Shown here piece by piece: positions 1 to 12,594 of a stretch of DNA of 64,000 nt (its first letter is position 1; every line of letters starts with the position of its first letter). The notes beneath the pieces are model-generated. The model saw only the letters and a list, made by a program, of their open reading frames with translations. It was not told the DNA's origin and did not search any database. Source of the DNA: Geosiphon pyriformis uo1 (taxonomy: Eukaryota; Fungi; Glomeromycota). The DNA is taken from assembly GCA_016748015.1 (NCBI GenBank), contig JAAOMT010000009.1, positions 1,134,459 to 1,198,458 on the forward strand, in the 5' to 3' direction. Both the position numbers and the translations under genes were made by a program.

Positions 1-1997
1 ACAAATCCAAGCTAAGAGTAAATTAGCCTCCGTTGTTGCTTTTGCGAATTCTGCTGGTGTCTTGGGTTGCTTGTTTTCTCATAGATCTCATGACCTTTAG
101 GTTCTTAGCTGGTGTTCTCATCATCCCCTGCTGTTTCTAGCTCACATTGGTGTCAGTCCCTCAAATAATTTTTTGGCAGGTGTGGTTCACATCTTTTCTG
201 GGTATGATTTGTCTTTGGGTGGCTTTCTGACTTGTGTTTTTCACCATCGGAGTGGTACTCCTATGTCTCTGGTTCTCAGTAAGCAATATTTTTTCAAGTG
301 TGTCTTCTCACTCAGGCGTTATGAAATTGCTTTTGTGGACCAGCTTCAAGACTGTAATAGGGATGTTTTCAGTTGGAGAACCTTCAAGCATTGGAAAAGG
401 CTGGACCCTCATGGCCCAGTCCTCTTGTGGTTTGATCTTTTTGTTCGCTTTCTCGGTGGTGTTGTTCTTTCTTCTATTTGTTTCTTCTCTGTGGAAGATC
501 ATGCTGATTCTGATGTTCATTTGTCTCATGGTTTTGGTGTGATTTGCAACACTCTGATGACCGTCGATGCTGCTCGCCTGTCTGTGTATATGGATGGGTC
601 TCTAAGTGGTCTAGGCACTGTTGATGTAAAGACAAGTGCTGCCGTTTTCTTTGAGGACATTGACTTGGGTTTGGGTGTTGGGGTGTCTGGTTTGGTTTCT
701 TCTACTCTGGTGGAATTGCAGGCAATGACTTTGGCTCTTGAGTGTGTTTCTGCTTTTCATTTGGTTGACTTGTTTTCAGACAGTTAGGCTGCTATGGATG
801 CATGCAAGTTGGAGTCTTTGTTGGTCCATTTGGATTTCAGGAATCGGTGTTGGATTGAGTGCCATCACATAGCTAATGTCATTCGTCATAAGAATTTAGA
901 GGTGAATTGGATTAAGGTTAGAGGTCATTCAGGCATTTTAGGCAATGAATGTGCTGATGCTCTTGCCAAAAAGGCCACTTTTTCTGCTTAGCGCCTGTCT
1001 TATTTGATCGGTGAACGTTTTCTGAGAGCAGGTAGTACTGTGGTCTCTGGTAATTCTAGACGCTTTGTTCACAATATTTTCTGTTCGGTTCATCATGCTC
1101 ACTGGGAGATTGGGTCTGGCTCTCGGGTTGTGGTAGATGATTTGCATGCTGATATTAATTGGTTTAAGTCATCTTTGGTGTGGCACCCTGATTCTCACTT
1201 GGCTGCTGGTTTCACTAATATGTGTATGGCTGGCTATCGGACTTATTTTATAAAGGCCCTTTATTGTTGGCTTCCAGTTGCTGTGTGGAAGTGCTTGTAC
1301 AATAAGAGGTATCCCAGTATAGTGTGTTTGTATTGTGGTGATGTTGAGATTTCGGATCATGTATTTTCTTGTTCCCATGATGCCACTGGTCATGTCCAAT
1401 TGTTGGACATTCATGCTTCGGCTTGGGAGGCTCTTTCTGGTCTGTCCCGGTCTTCTTTGTGTGTCTTGCAGCTGTTAGCTTCCTATAGTTCCAAGATTAG
1501 AGTTGGTGTCGCTCTGCTTAAGGGCTTTGTTTTCAATAATTAGTATTATGAATCTGTCTTGGTTTTTAAGGACTCTGAGGTTGGGGCTAGGGAAATTGTG
1601 AATTTTGTGCATGAGCTCTGTCTAGCATTTCAGGATGACTTTTGGTTGGTCCACGCCAGACACCGAGTGTTTATGAAAAAGCATGGTTTAATTCTGCATG
1701 ACGGCTTCACTCCTGCTTCAGCTTTCAGTTTGCCTATGGTGTTTTCAGCTGGTGTAGTTAGATTGCTGGGTGTGGCTGAGGCTATTGGAGTTGGTTTCAG
1801 GTTTCGTAAGTTTTGTTCTATTTTTTCGGGTATTGGAGATTTGGTTTCTATGCATATAGGTGTATAGTGTAGTCCTGACTGGCCCGAGTGGCTAGTCATG
1901 TATAGAAAGCGCATAATTCACACCTAGGTTAGAACATTTATATGATGTATAGTACTAGGTTGTATTTGGACCTCACTCGTTAAAAAAAAAAAAAAAA
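1..1997 (+). mobile_element. L1-like non-LTR retrotransposon copy 1, 3' part (late ORF2: RNase H and Cys/His domain, 3' UTR, poly-A), degenerate; continues off the left edge
   Basis: ORF fragments carry RNase H motifs (VYMDGS, ELQAM, FSDS, KVRGHSGILGNECAD) and CLYCGDVEISDHVFSC. ORF2 ends at 1867, the 3' UTR is shared with the other copies, and A16 lies at 1982-1997. Several in-frame stops. Confidence 0.92.
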
Positions 1998-2149
1998 TTA
2001 TAATATTAAAAAAACTTCTTTCTCTCTTTCGTCCAAAATTCTCAAAAAAGAGTCAAAAGTTTTTTCGAAAGAAGTTTTCTACCATTCAGTACAATAAATC
2101 AAAACTGTTTTTCGATTACAAAGCCACTGTTGGCCCTGTTATTGCTGTT

Positions 2150-3949
2150 ATGAAAAAGACTATTAAAGTTTCTGGTTCTGAAGGTGGTCTTAAGACTGTT
2201 GCATCAAGGAAAAAAAGGAAAGGAGATGTATTGGAAGAGAGTGTTGATGATAAAGAGATTGCTGCTAAAGCTCTTGGTGCTCATTTATGGGGTTCTGAAA
2301 CTGATGACACTATGAAGTCTGAGAGTATTAATATGGAGGAAGAGTGCTTGGTTGAAGAAACCAGTATTGACTATGGTGAAAGTGGTATGTTCATGGGAGG
2401 GGATCCTGATCAAACACCAAAGAGTTTGTGTGTAAAGACCAAGAAAGTATTGAGAAAGCCACTGGGTGTGATTGATTATGATACTGTCAATGTGAAAGAT
2501 GATGTGTTAGATAATTTTTTTCTTCTTCCACCCCCTCTTCCTATCAAGCCATCTGTTCTAATGTCTGTTTGCAAGTCCTTTGCTTTAAATATTGACCTTG
2601 TGACTGTTGCTGGGAAGTTTTTTCAGGAAAAATTGAGTTTTTTCAGAAAAATTTTTTCAGGTGTGAGTGGTTTTGGGGGGGCTTCTACTCCCTCAAAATT
2701 TGGTGGAATTATTTGTGCAACTTTCACTTCAGAAGAGACAATGATGGCTGCAGCTAGACTAGCAAATGATCGTGGTGTTATAGTGAACACCAATCTTAAG
2801 TGCCCTAGCAACAATCGTACAAATTGGGCAATTGTGCTGAAAGATATTCCTGTAGGAACATCTGTGGAGGCTGTGTGTACAGCTGTATCTGAATTTGGGG
2901 TAATTAAGATGATCAAAATGCAACTGGTTGGTTTGTGGCAAAAAGCGATCGTCATATTAGTAGATCAGAATCAGGTTGATTAGTTAGCTGCCAAATGGTT
3001 CATTCTAATCGGGAAAGATGCGATACGAGTGGCCAGAGCTGACATCGACAAACATTCATGGGATGTTCGAGATAGGTTCAGAGCTATGCTATATACTCTC
3101 CCTATGGGCACTACTACTCATAATTTGTAAGATTTTATTGGTTCTGTTGGCAGGAAGTCCTGCTTCATTGGTCGTGATTCTGTTAGTTATTCTCGTGTAT
3201 GCTGTACTACTGTGTGCTTTGACTCTAAGTCGAATTTGTTTGGTGTTATGGTGGCTACCCCAGTTATAAAGGGCGTTGGTCTTTGCTGGTCTTGTCTCTT
3301 TCAGACTTTATGTGCGGTTTGCGAAGGTTTTGGTCATACATCTTTTAGTTGCCGGTCAGTTAAGAGTGCTGTGGTTCCGAGTGGCAGAAAGGCTCCCCTT
3401 TTGGCTCAGAATCAGTTCAGGTTGGCTAAGATTTATGCGAAAAAGTCTGCACTTATTTCTCGTCCTTTGGCTTTCAACAGTAAAACTTGGGCATCAGTGG
3501 TTAGTGCTCCTCCCGTGTGCACTTTTTGTGGTGCTGGTTTGTCTCTTGGTTCCAATAAAATTGGTAAACCCTTTCCTCCAGTTGTGAGCAACTTGGAATT
3601 TTGTTTGGTCAGAATTAAAAGCAGTCTTGTCAGCCTTATAGGACAGATTGGTGAGTTGGCTAAGAAGTTGAAGTCACTCATGCTGGCAGTTTCCCAGCCT
3701 AGCCCTGGACATCAGCTGCTGGTGACCTCCTTATCACAGAATCAAGGAAAGGATATAGTGATAAGAGTGGGTTCAGGTGAAGCCACTAGTAACAAGATTG
3801 ATCCAATTGTAGACTCGTTAGCATCTCCTCATGTTGTCAGATTAAAAAATATGTTGGATGGTCTCTCCAGGTCTGTGATGAGTTTGTCTGCTCATTTTGA
3901 TAGTTTGACTTCAGCTGGTAGTGCTGTCTCTCTAACTTCTTCTCAATGA
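2150..3949 (+). pseudogene. LINE ORF1 (RNA-binding/Gag-like protein), interrupted by stops
   Basis: Fragments 2150-2983 and 3212-3949 are in the same frame; zinc knuckle and C-terminal coiled-coil-like segment. Confidence 0.85.
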
Positions 3950-6900
3950 GTGGTTTTATGTGGAAAGTTGTTACATGCAATGTTAAGGGTATGAATGTTC
4001 CTGCTAAACAGAATAACATTGTTCGATGGCATAGAGATATGGATAATTTGGTTTCAATCTTCATGGAAACAAAGTTAAGAGATAAGACTCATCCTTGGTT
4101 AGTTGACAAATTTGATGGAGTTTGAGTGTTTTCTTCTGGCTTGGCCTCTGGCTACATGGATGCTAATGTTGCAATTGTTATGAACAGATCCTTAGCTAAG
4201 CATATGTATAAGATTTCTGAGATCCCGGGTTGTCTTCTCTGTATTAGATTACTTTTCAAGAATAAACTTTTGGTTTCAATTTTGGGACTGTATGCTGGTG
4301 TCTCTTTGGCTGTTCAATTTTTCCAGGCTGATGAGATCAATTGTTTGATTGCAAAGGCTGTAAATGAATTTTCCTTTGTCATTCTTAGTGGTGATTTCAA
4401 CGAGGATGGTTTTCATATGTGTGCTAGTTTTAAGAAGTGCTTTGATTTGGGCTTGGTTAATTTTTTTGGGAGGAGCTTCTTTGCTAAGGCACTGACTTGA
4501 AGCAATTCTTGGGGTGTTGCAAAGATGATTGATTATGTGTTTGTTTCTTTAAATCTGGTAAATGCAATAATACAATGCAATGTTTTCGTTGTTAGTAAAC
4601 ATTTTGATATGGATCACAAAGCTGTTTCCATGTCTTTGGGCTTGGGTGGCTTTTTGGATATGCAGTTACACTCTCTTTACAAGCAAGCAAATAAAAACTG
4701 TTGGAAATTTGATGTCAAAAATGCAAATGATGCTAAATGGGGTGAGTTTAGTGCATCTATGGTGGCCAATGCTGTCATGTTTTCAGGTGAGTTCTCTTCA
4801 GCCAGTAAGTTTTTGGATCTGGAAGCTATGTGGAACGTTATTCACAAAATCATAGTTCTTTCAGCAGATAGAACATTTAAAAAAAGATGGTTAAAGGGTT
4901 TTGATGGTGTTTTTACCAAGGTGTCTTCCAGGTTTCATAAGCTAAAATTGCTGGTTTCTAAATTGGTCAAGACTTCACGTTTGGTTTCTAGAAATAATTT
5001 TGCTTCTCTACTAAAGGTATGGAACAGACTCAATTCTGCTGATGCTTTTGCAGTAAGGTCTCTTTTTCTTTCAGGTTCAAATTTTGGTCTTATTTGTTCT
5101 GCACTTGTCAAAGCAAGAAAATTGTATCACTCTTCCAAGTTGCTGAAATCCAAGCACACTGAGAAGTCCTCTATCAAGCGGGCCATTAATAAAAGAATGG
5201 AGAGTTTTGAGGTGAACAAAGGCCACACCATCAGGAGTGTTTTAGAGCATCCTTTTTGCAAGATGGTCTTGGATCATCTGATTGTGAGAGATGAATTGAT
5301 TTTAGAGCCTAAGTTGGTTAAGTCTAAGGTGGATGAAATCATGAAAGGGTGGACCAGGAAGCACAAAGTGATATCTAATATCTCCGATGATTGGGCCCAC
5401 CAATACCAGTCTCTGGACTATGTGTACAATGGTGCATTTTCAGGTGTTATGTGTTTAATTAGTTTTGATGAGATGTCTGCCATTGTCAATGGTCTTTCTG
5501 ATGGGAAGACTACTGGCTTTTCTGGTATCTCTAATGAATTGTGAAAACATTGTGACAAGACAGTTCTGAATATGCTTCTGGTGCTTTTAAACTATTTCTT
5601 GGTCAATGAATTGATTCCAAAACCTTGGAGGAATGCTTGGGTTTTGATGATTCCGAAACCTTATGAATGGAAGGGAGTTCTCATGAACATCTATCCTATT
5701 GCTTTGATCAAGACAGCCCACAAAATTTTTTCCAAGGTTTTTTTGGATAGAATCTCTTTAGCTTGCAGCATGTTTGATGTTCTTCATGGAGACAATATTT
5801 CCATTCTAAAAGGAACAATAACACAGTCTCCCATTTTTGCTGTTGGTTCTGTTGTTGAAAATGTCTTGGAAAAGAACCAAGAACTCTGGCTGGTTTTACA
5901 AGACATGCGCAAGGCTTACAACTCGGTTGGTTGAGAACATCTCAGGAGAAGTCTGGTTAAAATTAAGATGTGTAACAAGTTTTTGGTGGCATTCACAATG
6001 GTCATGTTAATAGAGTAATAACAGACTTTGGCTTGACTGATGGGTATCATGTTTATGATAGATTGGACCAAGGAAAGGTTTTCTTGCCTCTTCTTTGGTG
6101 CATATTTTATGATTCACTTTTGTGTAAAGTCAAGAAACAGGAGGATGTGTGTGGTTACAAGGTAAATTCCCACTTTATTTCCAAAACTGGCCAAGCGGAA
6201 TCTCAAACATAATTGATGTCATTTCTTGCTGCCAGTGCTTTTGTCAATGATACAATTTGAGTTGGTAGGAGCCAGGCTGCTACACAACACATTCTTGATA
6301 TTGCTAATAAACTTTTCAGGTTTAATGATATTTTAATAAATAATGACAAGATGATAGCCATCCCTATCAACTGTCAGGTTGTAAGTCCTCGTCTGATTAT
6401 CAGTGGTACACCTATTTCCATTGTTAAGAAGGGGGAATCTCATCATTATCTGGGTATTTTTTTGTTCTCTGAGGGTCTTTCAAAGCCTAGCTTGGCTAAG
6501 GCTCAGTTTGACATGTGGTTTTTTGTGAATCTGGTTTTGAGGAAGGCAATATCAAATAAACAGTGCACGTATTTGGTATCTGCAGTCCTCTTTCCTATTA
6601 TCAGCTACAGAACTCAGTTCAGTTTTGTTCCTATTAGTGTTTGCAATAAGTGGGATGCTCTGATGTGCAAGATTTTAAAGTCTAAGTCTGAGCTGCCACG
6701 TGATTTTCCCAATAATGCACTTTATTATCCCTCTTTGTACAGTTTAAAGACTTTTGAACAGATTTAGGCTGAGAGCAAATCTGCTTCCATTGTGGTTTTT
6801 GCAAATTCCACTGGTGTTTTGGGTCACTTGTTTTCTCATAAGTCTCATAATCTTCAGGTTCTCAGCTGACATTCTCATTACCTTTTATTGTTTCCAGCTC

Positions 6901-8624
6901 GTGTTGGTGTCAGCCCCTCAAATAATTTTTTGGCTGGTGTGGTTCGTATTTTTTCTAGGTATGATTTGTTTTTGGGCAGCTTTCTAGCTTGTGCTTTTTG
7001 CTGTTGGGTTGGTACTTCTATGTCTCTGGTTCTTGGTGAACCCTATTTTTTCAAGTGTGTTTCTTCACTTAGGCAATATGAAATTGCTTTTGTGAAACAG
7101 CTTTATGACCATAAAGGTAATGTCTTCAGTTGGAGTACCTTCAAGCGTTGGAAGAGACTGGACCCTTGTGGTCCAGTCCCTTTCTGGTTTGATCTCTCTA
7201 TTCACTTTCTTAGTGATGGCTTTTCTCCTTCTATTTGTTCTTCTTTGGTGGATAGGCGTGTTGATTCTGATGTCTGTTATTCTCATGATTTTGGTGCGGT
7301 TTGTAGCACTCTGCTGACCATTGATACCTCTTGCCTTTTTGTTTATATGGATAGGTCTCTGTGTAGTCTGAGCACTGTTAACATAAAGGCTGGTGCCGCC
7401 ATTTTCTTTAAGGACATTAACTCAGGTTTGGGTGTGGGGGTATTTGGTTTGGTTTTTTCTACTCTGATAGAATTGCAAGCCATCACTTTGGCTCTTGAGT
7501 GTGTGCCTTTTTTTCGTTCGGTTGACTTGTTTTCAGACAATCAAACCACTTTAGATGTATACAAGTCAGAGTCTTTACTGGTTCATCTGGATTTTAGAAA
7601 CCGTTGTTGGATCGAGCATTGACACATTGCTAATGTCATTTATTGTAAGAATTTGGATGTAAATTGGATTAAGGTTAAGAGTCATTCAGGCATCTCAGGC
7701 AATAAGCATGCTGATACACTTGCCAAGGATGCTGCTCTCTCTGCTTTGCACTTGTCTCACTTGGTCAGTGAATGTTTTCTAAGCACTAGTGGTACAGCAG
7801 TTTCTGGTAACTCTAAACACTTTGTATGTAATGTTTTCTATTCTGTTTATCATGCTCAATAGAAGATTGGGTCTGGTTCTTGGGTTGTAGTGGATAGTTT
7901 GCATGGTGATATTAATTGGTCCAAGTCCTCTCTAGTTTGGTGCCCCAATTCTTACTTGGCTGCTGGTTTTACTAGTGTGCATATGGTTGATTGTCAGATA
8001 TACTTCATGAAGACTCTCCATTATCAGCTTCCAGTTGCTGTTTGCAAGCATCTGTATGATAAGGGTTACTCCAGTGTGATGTGTTTGTACTGTGGTAATG
8101 TTGAGGTCTTGGACCATATCTTTTTTTGTCCTCATAATGCTGCTAATTGTGCTCAGTTGTTGGACACTTATGCTTTAGCTTGAGAGGCTCTTTCTGGTTT
8201 GTCTCGATCCTCTTTGCGTGTTTTGCAGTTGTTGGCTTCTTGTGTTTTAGAGGTTGAAGTTGGTATTGCTCTGTGTAAAAGCTTTGTTTTTAATAATTGG
8301 TATTGTAAATCTGTCTTGGTTTTTAAAAATTCTAAGGTTGGGACTAAAAAGATTGTGGATTTTGTGCAAGACTTTTGCCTCACATTTTGGGATGATATCT
8401 GATTGGTCCGTGCCAAACACCAGGCCTTTATGAAGAAGCATGGTTTGATTCTCTGTAACAGCTCCATTTTAGCATTAATTTCTGGTTTGTCTGTGGTATT
8501 CTCAGCTGACATTGTGAGATTGCTAGATGTGGCTAAAGCTTTTGGAGTTGGTTTTGGGTTTCATAAGTTTTGTTCATTTTTCTTAGGTGTTGGGGATTTG
8601 GTCTCTGTGCATATAGGTGTGTAG
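3946..8624 (+). pseudogene. LINE ORF2 (endonuclease-reverse transcriptase-RNase H), many stops and at least one frameshift
   Basis: Motifs as listed for copy 2. The catalytic FVDD reads FVND here but is intact (AGAFVDDTIW) in copy 3. Confidence 0.9.
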
Positions 8625-9173
8625 TGTTGTTCTGACTGGCCTGAATGGCTGATCATGTATAGAAAGTGCATGATTCGCTCTTAGTTTAGATTATTGGTAT
8701 GATGTATAGCACTAAGTCACATTTAGACCTTACTCATTAAATAAATAAATAAATAAATAAAAATTATAATTAATAAAAATTATAAAAAACCAAAATATTG
8801 TTTTTACTTTAAATTTAAAATATTTTTTATTTCTAAATAAATATTTTGTATTAAAATACATAAATTTAAATTATAATATTAATTTTATTTGATTTTTTTG
8901 TTATTATTAATATTTTTACTAGTAATTTTATAAAATAAAACCTTATCTGTAAATATATAACCAAAACTTATAATTGTTAAATATTTAAATATATAATTAT
9001 TATTATTTATAATTTTATTTTTATAAAAAAATTTAATATTAAAATTTTTAAATTTTAAATAAATAGATTTTAATAAATATAAAATAAGAACTTATTCAAA
9101 AAAATAGTTATAATATTATTAAAAACATATAAATCTTGTTATTTTTCAAAAAAACATTATTAATTTATAATAT

Positions 9174-11450
9174 ATTTTTTTTTATTTGCTTAATGAGTGC
9201 AGCCCAAAAACAATTTAATACTATACATCAAAGAAATAATCTAAACTAGATGTTAATCATGTGCTTTCTACACATGACTAGTCACTCAGACCAATCAAAA
9301 ACACACTACACTAATACTATAGAAGAAAACTTACCCAAAGATAACATCTTTTGAATAACAGAAAACAAAGTTGCACTGCAAGAAACCAAACCAACCAGCC
9401 ACTCAGCAGTTTTAAAAAGATCAATTTAACAACAACAGACTCATGCTCTCAAAAAAACATTAGGTTGAAAAACACCTCATCACTCACAACAAATAGAAGC
9501 TCTGAATCACCAGACATATTAATGTCCTCCATGCAGTATTTTTTTTTCAAAGAAACCACTTCTCTCTCCAACTTATCAATAGTTTTATTAAAGGAACCCA
9601 TATATACCAAAACCTCATTGATCCTAAGACCAAAAGCACTACTTGAAACCAAATCACCATTAATAAACTGCTTAAAAGTTGCAACCAAAGAGCCAATAGA
9701 CTTAACAATAGACTTAACCAAAACAGAAAGCTTAGTTAAATCAGATTTCAAAGAAGACAATCAGAACAGCACCAGAGAATCACTAACAGCAACAGGAGAA
9801 GAAACAAGAGGTAACAGAGGTGGAAATTCAGAAGAGCTCAAGAAAGCAAAAATCTTGGCATAAGACTTAGGACCAACAAAGCATAGTGTAAACACCTTGG
9901 AAAGCTTGGAAGGGGAAGATAAAAAAATCTTACAGTTTGCAGCCAGATGGCCCATTTCTTGACATCTGAAACAATGCCGACAATTAGGAGTTTCTCACCA
10001 AATATGAGCATTTTTTCAATGTATTAATTTTGACAATAGCAGAATTCAAATTAGCTTAGGAACCAAATATAATCAGAGCAAACTGGGACCAACAACCAGA
10101 CTCAAGAAAACAAGGAATAAAACATGTCTGACCACCAACTTGAGAAATCATATCACTGATTTCAAAGCTGTGCACCCAGAAGAAAGATTAACTAACTTAG
10201 CTTTAAACTTGTTATGAGACAAAATAGTCTCATTTTGATTCATTAAAGGAAGGATTCTAATACTATTTTTGTCTACCAAGACTGACTAATAATTCAAAGT
10301 AGACATAGTAGAGTCCAATTTCTCAAAATAAACCACCACGTACTGCCAAACACCAATAGGCTTTAGCACAACACAGATAACACTACCAAACACACTAAGA
10401 GCTGTCTTAATATCAGCAGCAGACACACCCAAGAGCACATCACATAGTACAACAACAGCAGAAAAAAAACTTGACTCAGAAACTACCAAAAACTTGGCAA
10501 TTTTGAGAGTGGTCAAATGTACAGAGCTTGTAAGCTCAACTAAAAATACAGCTTCCAAAAACACTTGAGAAGCAAACTCCATACAAAACAGCTTCACATT
10601 GTCTTTTAATACCAACTTTGCATCTAAAAAACCATGTATTAACTGAAAAACAGCCTTAACATAAGCCAATTTGATCTTAAAAGTAGCACCAGGCACTAAA
10701 GTAGAGGCCATTCACCCAGCAAACCTTTGACAACTGGTAATAGTTTCCCAAGCACTATTAGAAGTAGCACCAAAAACTAGAGAAGAAGATGATTTAGTTT
10801 CCATTTGATTAGCCCAATTCTCAAGAACAGATGACCTAATAAGAGGAGATTGTTTTGCTTCTAAAACTGATAATAATCTACCAGAAGACACCATATTTGG
10901 CAATACAGTCAGTGGTTGATCTAGACCTATCTTGGATGACGTGCTGGATGATGTTATAAAAATCTCATTTAAGATCTCATTGGAAACCACAAAAGGGTTT
11001 GGTGTAACAATAGCAGAGGCAAGTGACTGCTCCCACTTTTCTGAACTTTTGGTTTTTTGATTAATTTTTTTGAAGAGGAGGTACTAGCAGCACCAGATAT
11101 AGAAGCTATGGAGGGGAAGACCAGCTTGTTTACCAGTTTATTATTAAAAACTTTTGGGCTCTTAGTTGGAGTGGAGACAACACTGAGACTAACCCAAGTG
11201 TGTCTCTTTGAAAGAACTTTGACTGGTAAAAAACCAGTTAAAGATGAGAAAGTTGCTTTAGTGGCTACCAAAGACAGCTTATTATGATTACTGGATAAAG
11301 AAAAGGCTTCTAAAACATTTTGTCTAGTTGCTTCTACAACAGAGAGAGCTTCTCTGGTTGAAATTTTATTAGATATCTCAGAACAGATATCAAGTGCAGC
11401 TTTTTTACTCTTTGCTCTGGTCGTGGTCATATTTTTGAATTATTAACAAC
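9174..11450 (-). mobile_element. Non-autonomous ORF1-only LINE (HAL1-like); single degenerate ORF about 11430-9306 followed by the LINE 3' UTR and A-tail
   Basis: The segment VVLCDVLLGVSAADIKTALSVFGSV..PIGVWQYVVV parallels LINE ORF1 IVLKDIPVGTSVEAVCTAVSEFGVI..LVGLWQKAIV. CCHC knuckle CFRCQEMGHLAANC. 9305-9190 aligns with the 3' UTRs of copies 1-3. No ORF2 sequence. Confidence 0.8.
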
Positions 11451-12070
11451 TAAAAATATTTTTTAATCTATCTTTTTATAATATTATTAATTAAAATTTA
11501 AATATTAAAAAATATTCAAATTAATAACAGTTTTAATGCTTTTGTTTACATAATTATAAAAAACATAGTTATTTTTAAAGAATTAAAAAGTTAATAATTA
11601 AACTTTTTAAATAGCAAAAACAAAAAAAAACAAGCTAAAACTAATAAAAAATCTTGAAAATAAACAATAAAAGATTAATTTTAAGTTAAAACAACATAGT
11701 AAATAAAATAAAAATAATACAAAAGTGAATATTTAGATAATTAATAATAACAACTTTAAAATGAATATAATTTTAATATAAAATTAACAATTTTATTAAA
11801 CTTATTAATAAAAAAAATAAAAAATAAAAAAACCAAGTAATTAAGAGCTGTTTTTTTGCAAAACTGTTTTTTATAAGTTACAAATTAGCTTGTATTTATA
11901 TTTATTTTACATAATAAATTATATATTATTTAAAAATACCAATTACATTTTTTTAAAAAAATTAATTAGAAAATTTTTAATAATTATTTTCTAATTTGTA
12001 TAAAATTAAATATTCAAAATTATAATTTTTTATAATAAGAAATTAACAAGCCACGTGAATATTCACCATT

Positions 12071-12594
12071 TACACTTGGTGAAAAAAAGTCATGAAACAA
12101 TTTACATTTTTATTATTTTGTGTTCCATGAATGATAAAAATATCTATAAAAATTTATTTATAACTATATTAGCTATCTATAAATAGTAAGAAATGTATTA
12201 AAATAACAATTATTAATCAAAACAAAGATATAATTAACAATATTTAAGTTCAATGTTAAGACTTGGATGGCTCAAAAACATCTCAATTTACTTTCTAAAT
12301 GGCCAGCACAATCACCCGATTTGAATTCAATAGAGCATTTATGGGATTATTTACAAAAACAACTCAAAAAACGAAATCCCGCGCCCCGAAAATAATCACA
12401 AATTATTCCTCGCGTTACAAGAATGGCAAGCAATTCCACAAAATATCTATATAAATTTGGTTACTAGTGTATCTAGACGTATTGAAGAATGTATTAGAAA
12501 GGAGGGTGGACCAACTAGTTATTAAGTATTAAATAAAATAAAAAGTTATTAAAGAAATAATAAAGTGTCCCATGACTTTTTTCCGCCGAGTGTA
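12071..12594 (+). mobile_element. Internally deleted Tc1/mariner DNA transposon
   Basis: About 28-bp TIRs (CACTTGGTGAAAAAAAGTCATGAAACA versus the reverse complement of the right end, CACTCGGCGGAAAAAAGTCATGGGACA), each flanked by TA. Internal transposase C-terminal remnant WPAQSPDLNSIEHLWDYL. Confidence 0.9.

Larger units (their letters stand above)
2005..8758 (+). mobile_element. Full-length degenerate L1-like LINE copy 2 (ORF1 2150-3949, ORF2 3946-8624)
   Basis: ORF1 has RRM-like segments and a CxxCxxxGHxxxxC knuckle (CAVCEGFGHTSFSC). ORF2 has APE motifs (TCNVKG, SGDFNE, IDYVF, DMDH), RT motifs (LIPKP-like, QDMRKAYNSV, GLDQG-like, FVNDT, YLGI), RNase H and CLYCG. (AAAT)n tail and candidate TSD AAAAATTATAAT at both ends. 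Confidence 0.93.

Noticed and set aside
1875-1915. Hammerhead ribozyme or tRNA-derived sequence in the LINE 3' UTR (CTGA...GAAA; TGGCCCGAGTGG resembles an A-box)
   Set aside because: The core reads CUGACUG rather than CUGANGA, GAAA is missing in copy 3, and no B-box or cloverleaf is visible.
2150-8624. Alternative genetic code or stop readthrough (TGA/TAG at Trp, Arg and Gln positions)
   Set aside because: Stop positions differ among copies and host genes use the standard code; the stops are explained by C>T/G>A mutation.
9351-9863. 170-aa plus-strand ORF and other antisense ORFs over TEs and genes
   Set aside because: They are shadows of real or decayed frames on the opposite strand.
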